A stretch of DNA of 32,000 nt from Candidatus Saccharibacteria bacterium oral taxon 488 (GTDB lineage: Bacteria > Patescibacteriota > Saccharimonadia > Saccharimonadales > Saccharimonadaceae): NCBI GenBank assembly GCA_010202845.1, contig CP047921.1, forward strand, positions 780,001-812,000. Reading direction: 5' to 3'. Below the pieces are notes generated by a model. That model searched no databases. It was not told the origin of the DNA and saw only the letters and a list, made by a program, of their open reading frames with translations. Positions 16,975 to 26,332 of this stretch are shown one piece after another. The translations under genes and the position numbers were made by a program. How positions within the stretch are numbered: the first letter of the stretch is position 1; every line of letters starts with the position of its first letter.

Positions 16975-19900
16975 TTAATCCAACAAACTCGCTCCGCCAG
17001 CGTCATACGACGCGCGCTTATGACTCCACTCGTTACCATAGCGCTTGGCCTGCTCCAATACCATGTCAGTTGCCAACGCCTGCTGGTCTGGCGGGTAGCC
17101 ATATTTTGCCAAAGTCTTTTTGACGTTAACTTTCAGTTTTGCCTGAACATTCCTGCGCTCCGCCCAGTCAATCGTCGCATCACGACGAACTTGCTCTAGT
17201 AACACTTTTGCGATATCACGCAGCTGCGCGTCACCCAATACTTCACGAGCACTACTATTTTCAACCAGCGCATCATAAAAAATAATCTCATCCTCGCTTA
17301 GACCATCAACTGTTCCATTCTCAATAGTCTGGCGAATTTTCTGTCCGATGTTGATTAATTCCTCAATCACCTGCGCTGCCTCGATTGTCCCATTTCTATA
17401 ACGTGTCAAGGCTTGATTAAGCAAGTCAGAGAACTTGGTATCCTTGGCATAATTTCTCGAAAATCGTAGTTTAATTTCATCAGTTAAAAGTTTCTGCAGT
17501 GCTTCCACCGCCAAATTCTTGCGCTCCATATGACGAATCTCTGCCAAAAACTCATCGCTCAAGATCGACAGTTCCGGCTTTTCTAATCCCGCCGCCTCAA
17601 ACACATCAACCACACCCACTGGCGCAATCGCTTTGTCGACAATTTGTTTCAGCGCGCTTCGGTACTCAGCATCAGTCACAACTGTCGAGCTCGACACTTT
17701 CTCCAGCCGAGCTTTCACCGCCTGAAATAGCGCCACTTCTTCGCGGATTTCTAGCGCCTCGGGTCTCGGCATAGCCAGCGCAAAGGCCTTACTCAGTTCC
17801 AAAACATGCTGCTTCAACCGCTTCTCACCGTCTTCCAACCCCAAAATATATTCCTCGGCATCCAAAATGATTTGTAGCTGCTGGTTGGTCGGTGCGGTAA
17901 AATATCGCCGATAGTCAAAGTTGCCAAACAAATCGTGCACTACCTCATAGCGCATCTGCATCTGCGCCACCGCCTCAGCAATATCAAGCTGCGGTGCACC
18001 CTGTCCGCCACTTTGCGTATAGTCAGAGATAGCATCGCGCAGCGCCCCCGCCACACCCAGATAGTCAACCACCAAACCACCAGTTTTACCCGGAAACACT
18101 CGGTTGACTCGTGCAATTGCCTGCATCAAATTATGGCCCTTCAGTGGTTTATCCAGATACATGGTGTGCATATTCGGCACATCAAATCCCGTCAGCCACA
18201 TGTCACACACAATCACCAATTCCAGCGGATCATTTGGATCTTTGATACGCTTTTCGATCGCCTTTACCCGTTGTTTATTACGAATATGCGGCTGCAAGTG
18301 GTCAGGGTCACTAGCGCTACCGGTGATAATCACCTTGATCGCGCCGTGTGCGTCATCATCACTATGCCAATCTGGTCGATACGCCACAATTTTTTCATAC
18401 AAATCCGCCGCAATACCGCGGCTCATCGTCACGATCATACCTTTACCACTCAGTACATCTTGCCGAGCCTCAAAGTGCTGAATAATGTCCAAAGCGATAG
18501 TATTCAGCCGCTCGCTATTACCGACGATGGCTTCTTTTTGTGCATACTCGGCCTTCAACGCATCCTGACGACTCAGTTCTTCGCCCTCCAGCAAATCATC
18601 AACTTCCTTATCCAGCCACTGCCGCGTTACCTCGTCCATATTCAAATCAACCAGCCGACTCTCATAATAAATCGGTACCGTTGCGCCATCTTTCACCGCC
18701 TGCTCGACGTCATAAATATCGATATAGTCGCCAAACACTGCTGGCGTTGACTTATCATCCGTTTCAATCGGCGTACCCGTAAAGCCAATATAGCTCGCAC
18801 CCGGCAAGGCATCACGCATATATTTGGCATAACCATATACTAGCTGGACGTCGCTAGCTCGAACATGCGCCTTCAAACCATATTGGCTACGATGCGCCTC
18901 ATCTGCCATCACGATAACATTGCGTCGATCGGTCAAAATTGGCAATTTATCCTCGTCATCCTCAGGCGAGAATTTTTGGATTGTTGTAAAGATAATCCCA
19001 CCTGCTTCGCGCTGCAACAGCTTCCTGAGTTCACTCCGTGAATTAGCTTGCTTCGGATCTTCCCCCAGGAGCTCGCGACAGGCGCTAAACGTACCGAATA
19101 ATTGACCATCAAGATCATTGCGGTCAGTCACCACCACGATGGTCGGGTTATGCAAATCGCGCGATTTCATCAGCTTGCCAGTATAAAACACCATACTCAA
19201 GCTCTTGCCCGACCCTTGCGTATGCCAGACTACGCCAGCCCGCTGGTCGCCACGTTCACCGCTGGCTACTAGCGTCCGATCCAGTGCCTTATTCACTACC
19301 CAGTACTGATGATAAGCAGCAACTTTCTTGATCAATTTGTCACCATCACTACGCTCAAATACGATAAAATTCTGCACCATATCCAGCAAGCGCTCAGGCG
19401 TGCACGCACCACGCAGCAGCACTTCCAGCATCGGCACATTGCCAACTTCTTTTTCGCCATCAATCGTTTTCCAAGGCATCATTCGCTCCAGCGGGCTAGT
19501 GATCGTACCCATCTCCGCCTCTAGCCCATCACTGGTGACACACAGCTCATTGAACCGAAATAGGTCACTAATCTCGCGCTTGTACGTCTGGATTTGCTGA
19601 TACGCTGTCGCCAAATCGGCCTTCGTATCAGCCGCATTTTTTAGTTCAATCACCACCAGCGGCAGCCCATTTACAAACAGTACAATGTCCGGCCGGCGAT
19701 TATAATCGCCCTGCAGAACCGTCAGCTGATTGACCGCCGCAAAATCGTTGTTTTTTGGCGAGGTAAAATCAACCACCCGCACAATATCGTGCTTAATCTC
19801 GCCGCTCGATGTGCGATATTGCACCGGCACGCCCGCCACTAGCAGTTGATGAAAATCGTGATTATTCTCAACTAAGCTCGGTTTACTAATCTGCGTCAAC

Positions 19901-20106
19901 CGCCGCATCGCCTCCTTCAAGGCTGATTCTGGAATGTGCGGATTGAGCCGCGCCAAAGCACTATATAGACGCCCAAGCAATACCATCTGCCGCAACTCAC
20001 GCTCAGCCGCAGCACCGTCCGGACCAATGTCCGGTCCGTACAAAATCTGCCAGCCGATATTAGCCAGGATATCAAGCGCGTGTTGTTCGATTTGAGATTC
20101 GGTCAT
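16975..20106 (-). CDS. hsdR: Type I restriction endonuclease subunit R
   Basis: N-terminal PD-(D/E)xK (RPDIVLFVNGLPLVVIELKNA) and SF2 helicase motifs (HTQGSGKS, MADEAHRSQ). 1043 aa. Confidence 0.95.
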   Translation of the reverse strand: MTESQIEQHALDILANIGWQILYGPDIGPDGAAAERELRQMVLLGRLYSALARLNPHIPESALKEAMRRLTQISKPSLVENNHDFHQLLVAGVPVQYRTSSGEIKHDIVRVVDFTSPKNNDFAAVNQLTVLQGDYNRRPDIVLFVNGLPLVVIELKNAADTKADLATAYQQIQTYKREISDLFRFNELCVTSDGLEAEMGTITSPLERMMPWKTIDGEKEVGNVPMLEVLLRGACTPERLLDMVQNFIVFERSDGDKLIKKVAAYHQYWVVNKALDRTLVASGERGDQRAGVVWHTQGSGKSLSMVFYTGKLMKSRDLHNPTIVVVTDRNDLDGQLFGTFSACRELLGEDPKQANSRSELRKLLQREAGGIIFTTIQKFSPEDDEDKLPILTDRRNVIVMADEAHRSQYGLKAHVRASDVQLVYGYAKYMRDALPGASYIGFTGTPIETDDKSTPAVFGDYIDIYDVEQAVKDGATVPIYYESRLVDLNMDEVTRQWLDKEVDDLLEGEELSRQDALKAEYAQKEAIVGNSERLNTIALDIIQHFEARQDVLSGKGMIVTMSRGIAADLYEKIVAYRPDWHSDDDAHGAIKVIITGSASDPDHLQPHIRNKQRVKAIEKRIKDPNDPLELVIVCDMWLTGFDVPNMHTMYLDKPLKGHNLMQAIARVNRVFPGKTGGLVVDYLGVAGALRDAISDYTQSGGQGAPQLDIAEAVAQMQMRYEVVHDLFGNFDYRRYFTAPTNQQLQIILDAEEYILGLEDGEKRLKQHVLELSKAFALAMPRPEALEIREEVALFQAVKARLEKVSSSTVVTDAEYRSALKQIVDKAIAPVGVVDVFEAAGLEKPELSILSDEFLAEIRHMERKNLAVEALQKLLTDEIKLRFSRNYAKDTKFSDLLNQALTRYRNGTIEAAQVIEELINIGQKIRQTIENGTVDGLSEDEIIFYDALVENSSAREVLGDAQLRDIAKVLLEQVRRDATIDWAERRNVQAKLKVNVKKTLAKYGYPPDQQALATDMVLEQAKRYGNEWSHKRASYDAGGASLLD

Positions 20107-20264
20107 AAGTATTTATATTTTATCAAATAAAAGTATATTTTTGCTTAATTTCAAATTACCCATTGACATATCTCATAATATATATTAATTTGGAGATGGT
20201 AGGTTGATAGGAATATCTAGCCGTCCACTCAGCGTATGGCGGGACCCGTATGGGAACTTACCTC

Positions 20265-20294
20265 AAAAGAGCATCTGGTATCAGGTGCTTTTTT
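20265..20294. terminator. Hairpin terminator between the DUF3800 gene and hsdR (better formed on the + strand)
   Basis: Plus-strand RNA reads GCATCTG-gtat-CAGGTGC (one G.U) followed by TTTTTT. The minus-strand RNA has a C.A mismatch and is followed by TCTTTTG. It lies 1 nt from the DUF3800 stop. Confidence 0.6.
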
Positions 20295-20295
20295 G

Positions 20296-21162
20296 TTATT
20301 CTGACTTACACCATTTAATTTTTCCAATCTCTGGTAATTTTATTAATCCATAACCTCTAACCTGCCGTGTTAATTTGTTGCAATACACATTGTCAGATAT
20401 CTTCTCAAAAAATGGATACATTGGTAAAATTTCCTGATCTGGCTCATCCCATTTATCGCCATAGTCAATGAACTGTCTTAACACATTGTACGCAACCGTA
20501 TCAGCCAACTGTAAAAAATTAGAGTTTTTTGATTCCTCAAATCGGACAGAAACATGACTGTATTTTTTATGAAACGAGCCAAGGTCAATAGTTTTATCAG
20601 CAATCTGCAGTATACTACCCTGATCGCGTTTTTTTGTCTTCACTTGATGATCCATTTGGTCAAATATAATAGTACACTCTCTATTTGGATGCATTTCTAT
20701 ACGATCAAACATCACTTGTGCAGTAATATCAAGAGGACTCTTTGCAGTACGCAAATTTTTATAGTATCTCTTATCTAGCAAAACTGCCTGAATCTGTATA
20801 GCCTCTTTATTTTGGTTAAATATCTCATACCAGAAACCCTCGATGAAGTTCTTTAGTTGACACCTAGTAACCCCAAATGGTTGTATATAGTGCTTTTCCT
20901 GTTTTTGTGGATTACGGAGATTAACTGAACGAATCTCTACATTCTTTGTACCAAACACTTCTATCTTTTTAGCATTTATGATCGGATTTAACTCTGCCAA
21001 TAGATCATGTTCAATATATACACCAGCCAACACAAAATAATTAAGTTCCCAGAATTTACGATTTTGCGATGTCCTAGCAGGTGGCGAGTTTACAAGCGAA
21101 TACTGGTATGGAGTATCCCACTGCTTAGATCCGCTGTCATCAATAAACAAATAGCTACTCAT
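20296..21162 (-). CDS. DUF3800 domain protein
   Basis: N-terminal YLFIDDSGS and C-terminal FLQLADTVAYNV resemble the two conserved DUF3800 motifs as I recall them. AT-rich gene nested in the R-M locus. Confidence 0.6.
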   Translation of the reverse strand: MSSYLFIDDSGSKQWDTPYQYSLVNSPPARTSQNRKFWELNYFVLAGVYIEHDLLAELNPIINAKKIEVFGTKNVEIRSVNLRNPQKQEKHYIQPFGVTRCQLKNFIEGFWYEIFNQNKEAIQIQAVLLDKRYYKNLRTAKSPLDITAQVMFDRIEMHPNRECTIIFDQMDHQVKTKKRDQGSILQIADKTIDLGSFHKKYSHVSVRFEESKNSNFLQLADTVAYNVLRQFIDYGDKWDEPDQEILPMYPFFEKISDNVYCNKLTRQVRGYGLIKLPEIGKIKWCKSE

Positions 21163-21205
21163 AAGTCATCCTGTCAGAATCTGCGCTTTATACATCTCTT
21201 TATAT

Positions 21206-22030
21206 TTAATCTTTATTTTCATCTATAATCATATACTCATCGTGACTGTTTGTACCAGCAGAAGCTTCTTTATTACTATACTCAGAAATTACTTTATCCA
21301 ACTCCATAAGCTCCTTGCCAAAAATACCAAAAGCAAACGCTGGCGCAAGTTCCTGTGAATAACTTACAACAAGGCCAGATGGCAAAACTACAGAGAGTCT
21401 GGCTTCAGTAGCGCTGACATGCGAATGTTGGTCTTTTTTTACTTCATTGGTATTTACTGATAAAGAGTTCAGCGTCTCCCCAATACTACAACTCTCTGCA
21501 CGTGACTGGTCTATAGTGTCATTGATATTATCAAACATTAAAACGCCGTTTTTTAAAACACCCACAAACTCAGCCGATTTCCTAAAATTAGCCACAGCAG
21601 TGCCAGCAGCATTCTCCTGAATTCCATAATTTCGAATTAGAATACTTTCGAGCATTTGTGGTAAAGATTTTCCACCATATTCTGCCATTAGCTTCTGGTA
21701 TAAAGAGGGTTTATTAAATGCCTCTACAAGAACTTGTGCACGCTCTTCTTCACTTACATAGTGAAAGAATCTTTGTGCTAAATCCGACAGGCTATATACA
21801 TTACCATTACGATCAAGCATACCAAAGTGGACACACGAAGCAATCTTAGATCCAGAGCTTCCCGTTACTCCCTTATAGCCCAAAGCCACAGCCATATGAT
21901 CCCTAGCATAAGGTCCATCACCAAGCTTCTCTTTCAAGGTCTTCGTCGCTTCAATTACTTCTTCCAGTGTAAAAGCGGGGTACGAAGCACTTCTTTTACG
22001 ATTTTTCTTAATTACTATATTATCTTTCAT
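21206..22030 (-). CDS. Hypothetical protein (274 aa); the N-terminal half may be helical/wHTH-like
   Basis: Long ORF with SD AAGGAG 6 nt upstream. I recognise no family. It sits 43 nt upstream of the DUF3800 gene. Confidence 0.6.
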   Translation of the reverse strand: MKDNIVIKKNRKRSASYPAFTLEEVIEATKTLKEKLGDGPYARDHMAVALGYKGVTGSSGSKIASCVHFGMLDRNGNVYSLSDLAQRFFHYVSEEERAQVLVEAFNKPSLYQKLMAEYGGKSLPQMLESILIRNYGIQENAAGTAVANFRKSAEFVGVLKNGVLMFDNINDTIDQSRAESCSIGETLNSLSVNTNEVKKDQHSHVSATEARLSVVLPSGLVVSYSQELAPAFAFGIFGKELMELDKVISEYSNKEASAGTNSHDEYMIIDENKD

Positions 22031-22094
22031 TTTGTCTCCTTTATTTACTGATACTAGTTTATCAGCTATTCAGGCTCTTATCAAGTATATATCT

Positions 22095-22111
22095 GTTGTA
22101 TTATATACAAC
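22095..22111. promoter_or_regulatory. Perfect 17-bp palindrome GTTGTAT-tat-ATACAAC containing a TATAAT-like core, upstream of the 274-aa gene
   Basis: Located in the 169-nt hsdS/274-aa intergenic region. The minus strand reads GTTGTATATAATACAAC. Confidence 0.45.
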
Positions 22112-22199
22112 TATAGTTTTACGGCTTATATCCCCTTGGGTATACCTCGACTCAGCCGTAGAGATTCTTTCGCCTATAGGGAGTGGCTCTTTAGTTCTT

Positions 22200-23285
22200 T
22201 CAAACTAGTTTTGGCAAAAGCAAATCACGAATGTTAGATAAATAATCTATTTGTTTCTTGTTTTTATGTATCATATCAAATAATGGTCGCACTCTCTGCT
22301 CGAAATCATTAAACTCGCAATCTGATAAATCAGCAATCTCCAAAAGCTCTATGTGCTTTGGATAAATATGCGGCTGACCAGAGCCAGTTTGCATATCGTA
22401 TATTTCTTTTTGCTTATTCTTGAGGAACAAATAATAGGTATAAACATATTTGGTAATTGTTGAGTCAATATACGAAGAGTCTGCCGACCAAACTGGTTCA
22501 CCCCAGACAGATACAAAACCAGCATTTGCTCCGGATGCACTTATCGTGATAACTGGCGCGGTCGTATTTGCTTCATTGTGAAATCCGGCTGGCTTCAGTC
22601 CACCGCTAATCACCGGCGTGTCACCACAAATCATATCTCTAGCTTGCAAACTTCTACCTCTTTTTGGATGAAACTTTTTCCCTAAAGGTATGGTCCGTAT
22701 ATTACCATTACTCTGCTTAGTTTTATCAACAAAATAATGACGAAAGAGAGCTTGACCGAGCTGCTCGAGGGTTTCGTTCATGCGGCGATTGAGCTCGATT
22801 TTTTCATCAAGACTGCCGAGGATATTGGCAATTTTCTTTTGGGTTTCTAAATTTGGTATACTGACACTGACAACATCAAAAGTGCTACGAGTTATCGTAT
22901 TAAATACACCACCGTGTGACTGCCTTCTTAGATCATTAACAGATTTTTTCAATAGATAATAAAGAAAATTTTGATCAACCCCTGCTTTTGCCCTAATTCC
23001 ATAGCAAGATTGATTAAAAGCCATTGGTCGCCTCAGTTGAGCCAATTCGCCCACAGTACCGCGTGCAGATATGATTATATCTCCTTTGTTTAGCAGTTTC
23101 GTACTAGAGCTCTCCAGCCCAAGACTAGTGATTGCTTTTTCGGTTTGATCCACCCAGCGTCTGTCACCCCCAAAATCAACCACGGACAGCCACGGTATGT
23201 CACCACTCCAAAACTCGGGTTTGTTTGTCTTCGGGGTGCCGCCACCTATGAGCTCGATGATATCACTTAAAACAGCTGTTCTCAT
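22200..23285 (-). CDS. hsdS: Type I R-M specificity subunit
   Basis: TRD start IGGGTPKTNKPEFWSGDIPWLS, central conserved helix LDEKIELNRRMNETLEQLGQALFRHYF, a second TRD, and a C-terminal LLPKLV. The ATG overlaps the stop of the GHKL gene (TAATG). Confidence 0.9.
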   Translation of the reverse strand: MRTAVLSDIIELIGGGTPKTNKPEFWSGDIPWLSVVDFGGDRRWVDQTEKAITSLGLESSSTKLLNKGDIIISARGTVGELAQLRRPMAFNQSCYGIRAKAGVDQNFLYYLLKKSVNDLRRQSHGGVFNTITRSTFDVVSVSIPNLETQKKIANILGSLDEKIELNRRMNETLEQLGQALFRHYFVDKTKQSNGNIRTIPLGKKFHPKRGRSLQARDMICGDTPVISGGLKPAGFHNEANTTAPVITISASGANAGFVSVWGEPVWSADSSYIDSTITKYVYTYYLFLKNKQKEIYDMQTGSGQPHIYPKHIELLEIADLSDCEFNDFEQRVRPLFDMIHKNKKQIDYLSNIRDLLLPKLV

Positions 23286-25282
23286 TATCCTTCTAACCCC
23301 AATTTCTCAAAGAATATTCGGTGACGCACGACTGCATCATTTAGCAGTTTTTCCCACGTTACGAATTCAATTCTGAGATTAATATTGTCCTGTATTAAGA
23401 ACCACCCTTTATTGTCTGGCATTGATTTTAAGTTTTTCTCTTCAATCAACCATTTTTCAACCTTATTATCAACATCCGCTACTATATAACCATAGAAGGG
23501 TGTTGTGGGTGAGATATGAATCCTACTTCCTTTTGGTGTCTTATAGTCGCCATTTCTCATGCTGTTAACATAACGAATTATTTGTTGTATAGGGTCTTCT
23601 TTAGAAGACGCATCTACAAAGTCATTTCGACCAGGTCGTTTAAATTCAAAGATACTTACTGGATTAGAAGCCTCCGAGCCGTCTCTATACGCAACATTAT
23701 AATGAAATGCTGCGATATCTGGACGGTCCTTATTTTCATTAAATATGTTTTTATCCGAACTGAGATACTGAGTAAGATTTAACCCTTCGTCTATAATCCA
23801 CAAATTATGGCCATCATATATCGTATCATTTGAATCTGATTTTGTAGGAAATATTATATCATGAACTGCCTTTTCCGTATCGTATTCTCCCAAATCATTC
23901 CATTCCAAAGTCTTTTTAAATAATTCCAGGATAGATTTACGAAACGCTATATATTGTGCTAAATCACTATAGCTTGCGTCTTTTACTTCTCTAATCAGCT
24001 TTTTAGCATTCGACTGTGCTTCTATATAATTCCTGTTTCTACTAGTCAACTGAGAGATGTTTCTCTTTATCTCTAAGTCACGTTCATACTTTGCCTTATG
24101 TAGAATTAACTCTATGTCATCCTGGGTAGGATTTGCCTTTATTGCTTCAAAATCTATGTCGTCAATATATGGCTTGTACCAAATGTTACTTTGGGTATAT
24201 TTCTCAAACTTCTCTCTTTTTACTTTTGACCTTAGACTAACCACACCTTCAAATTCCTTTTTTGCGATTTCTGCAATAGCCTTTTCAATATCCTCTCCCG
24301 ATACTGGATATAGTGGGTCATGCTTTTCACCAAAGTTAAAACTGTCACGTTCTACCGTAACATTATCCTCCAGATATTCTCCTTGAACGTAGAATCTTAT
24401 TATGTAGTTACGAGATCTCTTCTCTCCATCAACCAGTACGTCTTCGGTAAAGTCAGAGTAGAAATCTGGAATATACACATCCAAGCTCTTCTCGGTAACT
24501 GCTTGGTTTCGTGCAGTTAGAACAATCTTGCTCTTTTGGTTTCGAGGCTTAAGGATTTTAAACATTTTATATCTTAGTTCTATACCGTTAACAATAAAAG
24601 TATCACTTTTCTTGAGCTGAATTAGAGAATCATCTCTTGTGCCAATTTGCTCATTTAGGATTATTGGGATATCTAGCGCATCATCTTCAAATACAATCTG
24701 CGGGCATGTATATGATGGGTCGGAAAAATAACTAAGGATCTGTTCCAGAATGCGATGTGAGATAATTTCTGGATCTTTGTCAAGTTTTACACCCTTAATG
24801 TTTAAAAGTCGAAGTATCGTACCAGTCTCTGACGCGCTAGGTGAATTACTAACCTTATCATTAACTATAACGTCATATTGCTTACCAAAATCGAATGAAC
24901 GATGTTTGTATTTGTTATCTTCAATAAACGTGCTTTCTATGTGTACGTCGTTAAAATGCCGCAGATAAAAAAATCGACCAAAACCCTTTCCTCCTATCGA
25001 CCTTTTAAATTGGCTATATATGGTGTCGAAAGAATCGCGATTTTCTTTATTAAAACCGATACCATTATCGGAGACTTCCACAGAAGTTACATCTGCCAAC
25101 TTATCACCGTCCGTTGATACAAATGGCGGATTCCTAATAATCCGAATACGGATTTCCCCATCATTTCGGCCTGACTTATCTATAGCATCAATAGCATTAG
25201 TTATTGCCTCTGTAATAGGAGTATACGGGGTGGACTTAGCCCTAATATTATTAATAACTCCTTGGATAAATACTTTACTCAT
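23285..25282 (-). CDS. GHKL (Bergerat-fold) ATPase fused to a C-terminal PD-(D/E)xK nuclease-like region
   Basis: N-box EAITNAIDA (aa 25-33), G1 box DNGIGF (aa 72-77) and a lid GGKGFGRF (aa 97-104). C-terminal RPDIAAF...(23 aa)...SIFEFKRPG...DPIQQIIRY (aa 520-570) fits the PD...ExK...Q pattern. Confidence 0.7.
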   Translation of the reverse strand: MSKVFIQGVINNIRAKSTPYTPITEAITNAIDAIDKSGRNDGEIRIRIIRNPPFVSTDGDKLADVTSVEVSDNGIGFNKENRDSFDTIYSQFKRSIGGKGFGRFFYLRHFNDVHIESTFIEDNKYKHRSFDFGKQYDVIVNDKVSNSPSASETGTILRLLNIKGVKLDKDPEIISHRILEQILSYFSDPSYTCPQIVFEDDALDIPIILNEQIGTRDDSLIQLKKSDTFIVNGIELRYKMFKILKPRNQKSKIVLTARNQAVTEKSLDVYIPDFYSDFTEDVLVDGEKRSRNYIIRFYVQGEYLEDNVTVERDSFNFGEKHDPLYPVSGEDIEKAIAEIAKKEFEGVVSLRSKVKREKFEKYTQSNIWYKPYIDDIDFEAIKANPTQDDIELILHKAKYERDLEIKRNISQLTSRNRNYIEAQSNAKKLIREVKDASYSDLAQYIAFRKSILELFKKTLEWNDLGEYDTEKAVHDIIFPTKSDSNDTIYDGHNLWIIDEGLNLTQYLSSDKNIFNENKDRPDIAAFHYNVAYRDGSEASNPVSIFEFKRPGRNDFVDASSKEDPIQQIIRYVNSMRNGDYKTPKGSRIHISPTTPFYGYIVADVDNKVEKWLIEEKNLKSMPDNKGWFLIQDNINLRIEFVTWEKLLNDAVVRHRIFFEKLGLEG

Positions 25283-25318
25283 TATAAATGCTCCCAGCCC
25301 TATTTTTTACTATCTCAT

Positions 25319-26332
25319 TCATCTCTTCCCCTCAACCCTCTTCTGCACAGCCCTCAACTCCTCAAGATATTGCTGCTCTATACTACTCAGCTCTTGATTA
25401 CGCATACGTTCTTTGTATGATTCATACTCTTTGGCAACTTTGGTGAGCATGGTTTTGTGTGATATTTTGCCCGGGTTATCAAGGACGCCCTTACCGTAGG
25501 TAGCCGCAAATTTGTCAACTTCACGCACCCAATCAGCCATGCGCATTGGTTCATGATTGATAGCCTTGAGCTCAGCGAGATCAAAAAAGGCACTCACGAG
25601 GCGGTTGAGTATGCCAAGTTCATCAGCCATCAAATAGTTTTTAGCAATTTGCGCTTCACTTTTGGTAGGTTGCTGACCGCGAAACGTCGTGAGCCCTAAG
25701 AATGGCTTGTCAGAATCAACCCTGGAGTAAATAACCTCAGCGGCAGTCAACATATTAACAGCGTAGTGCAGCTTATTCTGAACTATCTGGAAAAACTCTA
25801 TTTGCTCTTTGGAGCTCGGATTATAATCTTGACTGGTGGCGAATAAATCTAACACTTGCCGATACAATATTTTTTCACTACTACGAATATCTCGAATTCG
25901 CTCAAGTAGCTCTTTCCAATAATTTCCGCCACTATTTTCTTTAAGACGCTCATCGTCCATGACAAAGCCCTTAGTAATATATTCACGCAGTCTTTCGGTA
26001 GCCCAGATACGAAAATTCGTTGCTATATTTGACTTCACGCGGTAACCAAGCGAGATGATTAAGTCAAGATTATAATGTTTTGTCGTGTACTTTTTACCGT
26101 CTGCAGCAGTTAGTAAGAAATCCTTACATACTGAAGCCTCATTTAGCTCGCCCTCATCAAAAATATTCTTAATATGCATGGTAATATTTGGTCGCGAGGT
26201 ATCAAAAAGGTTGGCTAACTGAGCTTGAGTAAGCCATATTGTTTCACCTTGGAACCTTACATTAATCTGCGGCTTACAATCATCGCCAACATACACCACC
26301 ATCTCGCCGTTTGGATTATCGCCGCTTATCAT
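25319..26332 (-). CDS. rhuM: RhuM family protein
   Basis: [41 protein letters not shown]...[10 protein letters not shown]...[12 protein letters not shown] matches the RhuM family. The ATG overlaps the hsdM stop (ATGA at 26329-26332). Confidence 0.85.
   Translation of the reverse strand: MISGDNPNGEMVVYVGDDCKPQINVRFQGETIWLTQAQLANLFDTSRPNITMHIKNIFDEGELNEASVCKDFLLTAADGKKYTTKHYNLDLIISLGYRVKSNIATNFRIWATERLREYITKGFVMDDERLKENSGGNYWKELLERIRDIRSSEKILYRQVLDLFATSQDYNPSSKEQIEFFQIVQNKLHYAVNMLTAAEVIYSRVDSDKPFLGLTTFRGQQPTKSEAQIAKNYLMADELGILNRLVSAFFDLAELKAINHEPMRMADWVREVDKFAATYGKGVLDNPGKISHKTMLTKVAKEYESYKERMRNQELSSIEQQYLEELRAVQKRVEGKR

Noticed and set aside
17935-18750. 271-aa plus-strand ORF (and the neighbouring 125-aa and 80-aa ORFs)
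   Set aside because: They are antisense to hsdR and have a His/Ile/Gln-rich, non-protein-like composition.
20107-20130. Leaderless-type promoter for hsdR (TATAAA-N5-ATG or TGATAAAAT-N10-ATG)
   Set aside because: The spacing and hexamer quality are ambiguous in a generally AT-rich gap, so it is not counted among the eight clear cases.
22120-22160. 7-bp inverted repeat TACGGCT...AGCCGTA downstream of hsdS, considered as a terminator
   Set aside because: It has a 27-nt loop and no U-tract on either strand. That is not convincing as an intrinsic terminator, and I left it unannotated.
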